A stretch of DNA of 64,000 bases from Solirubrobacteraceae bacterium. Its GTDB lineage: Bacteria; Actinomycetota; Thermoleophilia; Solirubrobacterales; Solirubrobacteraceae. This document shows positions 62,916-64,000 of the stretch, one piece after another. The position numbers were made by a program, and so were the translations under genes. The notes below the pieces were generated by a model. That model ran no database searches. It saw only the letters and a list, made by a program, of their open reading frames with translations, and was not told where the DNA came from. The stretch spans positions 22,242 through 86,241 of the forward strand of contig DATJRV010000083.1 of NCBI GenBank assembly GCA_035504435.1, written 5' to 3'. Within the stretch, counting starts at the first letter, position 1. Each line of letters starts with the position of its first letter.

Positions 62916-62940
62916 CTTGAGTTCGGCTTAGAACTAGCGT
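62903..62940 (+). promoter_or_regulatory. Promoter with a perfect inverted repeat over its -35, upstream of lipase
   Basis: AAGCCGAACT-N7-AGTTCGGCTT overlapping TTGACT(62912-17)-N17-TAGCGT(62935-40). Could also terminate dtd. Confidence 0.55.
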
Positions 62941-63031
62941 TGTACGCGAACGCCAGGGGAGCTGATGCCGTGCAGCTCGCACGGGCAGCCGGCTCGGCGC
63001 TCGTTCAAGGCAACTTCGAGGGAGGAATGAG

Positions 63032-64000
63032 ATGCATCGCATGGCTGTGGCGCGGGCTGCGCTCGCGCTTTCGATCTTGGCGGCCCTGGCGCTCGCCGCC
63101 ACGGCGTCGGCGGCGCCGGTGGAAGGCCCGGCGGGGTCCGCGTTCTACACACCGCCGTCGCCCACGCCGACCGGCAGCGCCGGCGAACTGGTGTGGTACA
63201 GGCCGGCGACGATCGACCTCAACGTGACGCTGCCCAGCGTCAAAGCGTGGACGGTCCTCTACCAGTCGACCGACCAGCACGGCAACCCCGACTGGGTGAC
63301 GGGCACCGTGATCGTGCCCACCGCCAAGTGGAGCGGCAAAGGCGAACGGCCGCTCGTCACCTACGCCGAGGGCACCCAGGGGCTCGCGCACCAGTGCGCC
63401 CCCTCGATCCAGATGGCGGAAGGCACCGAGTACGACGGCGGCGCGATCATCGAATCGCTGAAAAGGGGCTACGCGGTCACGGTCACCGACTACCAGGGCT
63501 ACACCAACGGCGCGATCCCGACGTACACGGCCGGCAAGGCGGAGGGCCAGGCGGTGCTCGACGTGGTGCGCGCCGGCCGGCAGATCCCCGGCTCGGGGAT
63601 CGGCGAAAAGGACCCGGTGATCGTGTGGGGCTACTCGCAGGGCGGCCAGGCCGCCGGCTGGGCGGCGGAGCTGCAGCCCACGTACGCCCCGGACGTGAAG
63701 ATGATCGGCCTCGCCGCCGGCGGCGTGCCGGCGAACCTCCAGGCGGTGCGCGAATTCGACAACGGCTCGGTTGGCACCGCGTTCGGGCTCGACGCGCTGA
63801 TCGGGCTCGACGCGGCGTACCCCGAAGAATTCGGCCTCACCGCGCAGGAGGACGAAGCCGGCCTCGCCGCGGGCGAGAAGCTGCTGGGCGAGTGCGCAAT
63901 TCAGTCGCTGGCGGAATTCCGCGACATCAACATCGACGAATACACGCTCGGCCACAAGACGCTCGCGCAGGAGGAAGCCGAACACCCGGCGATCGAACGG
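63032..64000 (+). CDS. Secreted lipase (LIP / secretory lipase family), partial
   Basis: GGAGG RBS, signal peptide, VLYQST, VTDYQG, WGYSQGGQA nucleophile elbow. Runs off window end. Confidence 0.9.
   Translation, partial: MHRMAVARAALALSILAALALAATASAAPVEGPAGSAFYTPPSPTPTGSAGELVWYRPATIDLNVTLPSVKAWTVLYQSTDQHGNPDWVTGTVIVPTAKWSGKGERPLVTYAEGTQGLAHQCAPSIQMAEGTEYDGGAIIESLKRGYAVTVTDYQGYTNGAIPTYTAGKAEGQAVLDVVRAGRQIPGSGIGEKDPVIVWGYSQGGQAAGWAAELQPTYAPDVKMIGLAAGGVPANLQAVREFDNGSVGTAFGLDALIGLDAAYPEEFGLTAQEDEAGLAAGEKLLGECAIQSLAEFRDINIDEYTLGHKTLAQEEAEHPAIER

Overview
GC-rich bacterial chromosome segment. Gene content (SteA, AroK-AroB fusion, type IV pilus genes with no secretin, BldC-like HTH) points to a Thermoleophilia/Solirubrobacterales-type actinobacterium; this is inference. 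The backbone is a long minus-strand housekeeping run: hisS, mnmA, alaS, ruvX, mltG, aroE, pilB-pilT-pilC, pilA-pilD-pilM-pilN-pilO, aroC, aroKB, aroQ, pepQ, efp, nusB, xseB, ispA, dxs, tlyA, nadK, recN, steA. It is interrupted by accessory blocks: toxin-antitoxin modules, two membrane glycosyltransferase-like genes, small orphan ORFs and a decayed islet behind tRNA-Met. The main signal not explained by gene calls is a recurring sigma28/WhiG-type promoter, T(A/C/T)AA-N16-G(C/T)CGA(T/A)(A/C)N. It lies upstream of pilA, pilD and pilM, and also upstream of an HD-GYP gene, a GT87-like gene and an uncharacterised membrane protein. The pilin 5'UTR additionally holds a c-di-GMP-I-like riboswitch candidate. 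Other highlights: a stand-alone ~125-nt sRNA candidate with promoter and terminator, an IscU-MnmA fusion, an ApbE flavinylation cassette with a TGAS-tailed small protein, and an internally deleted pepQ. All calls were made by eye without database searches, and several start codons are estimates.
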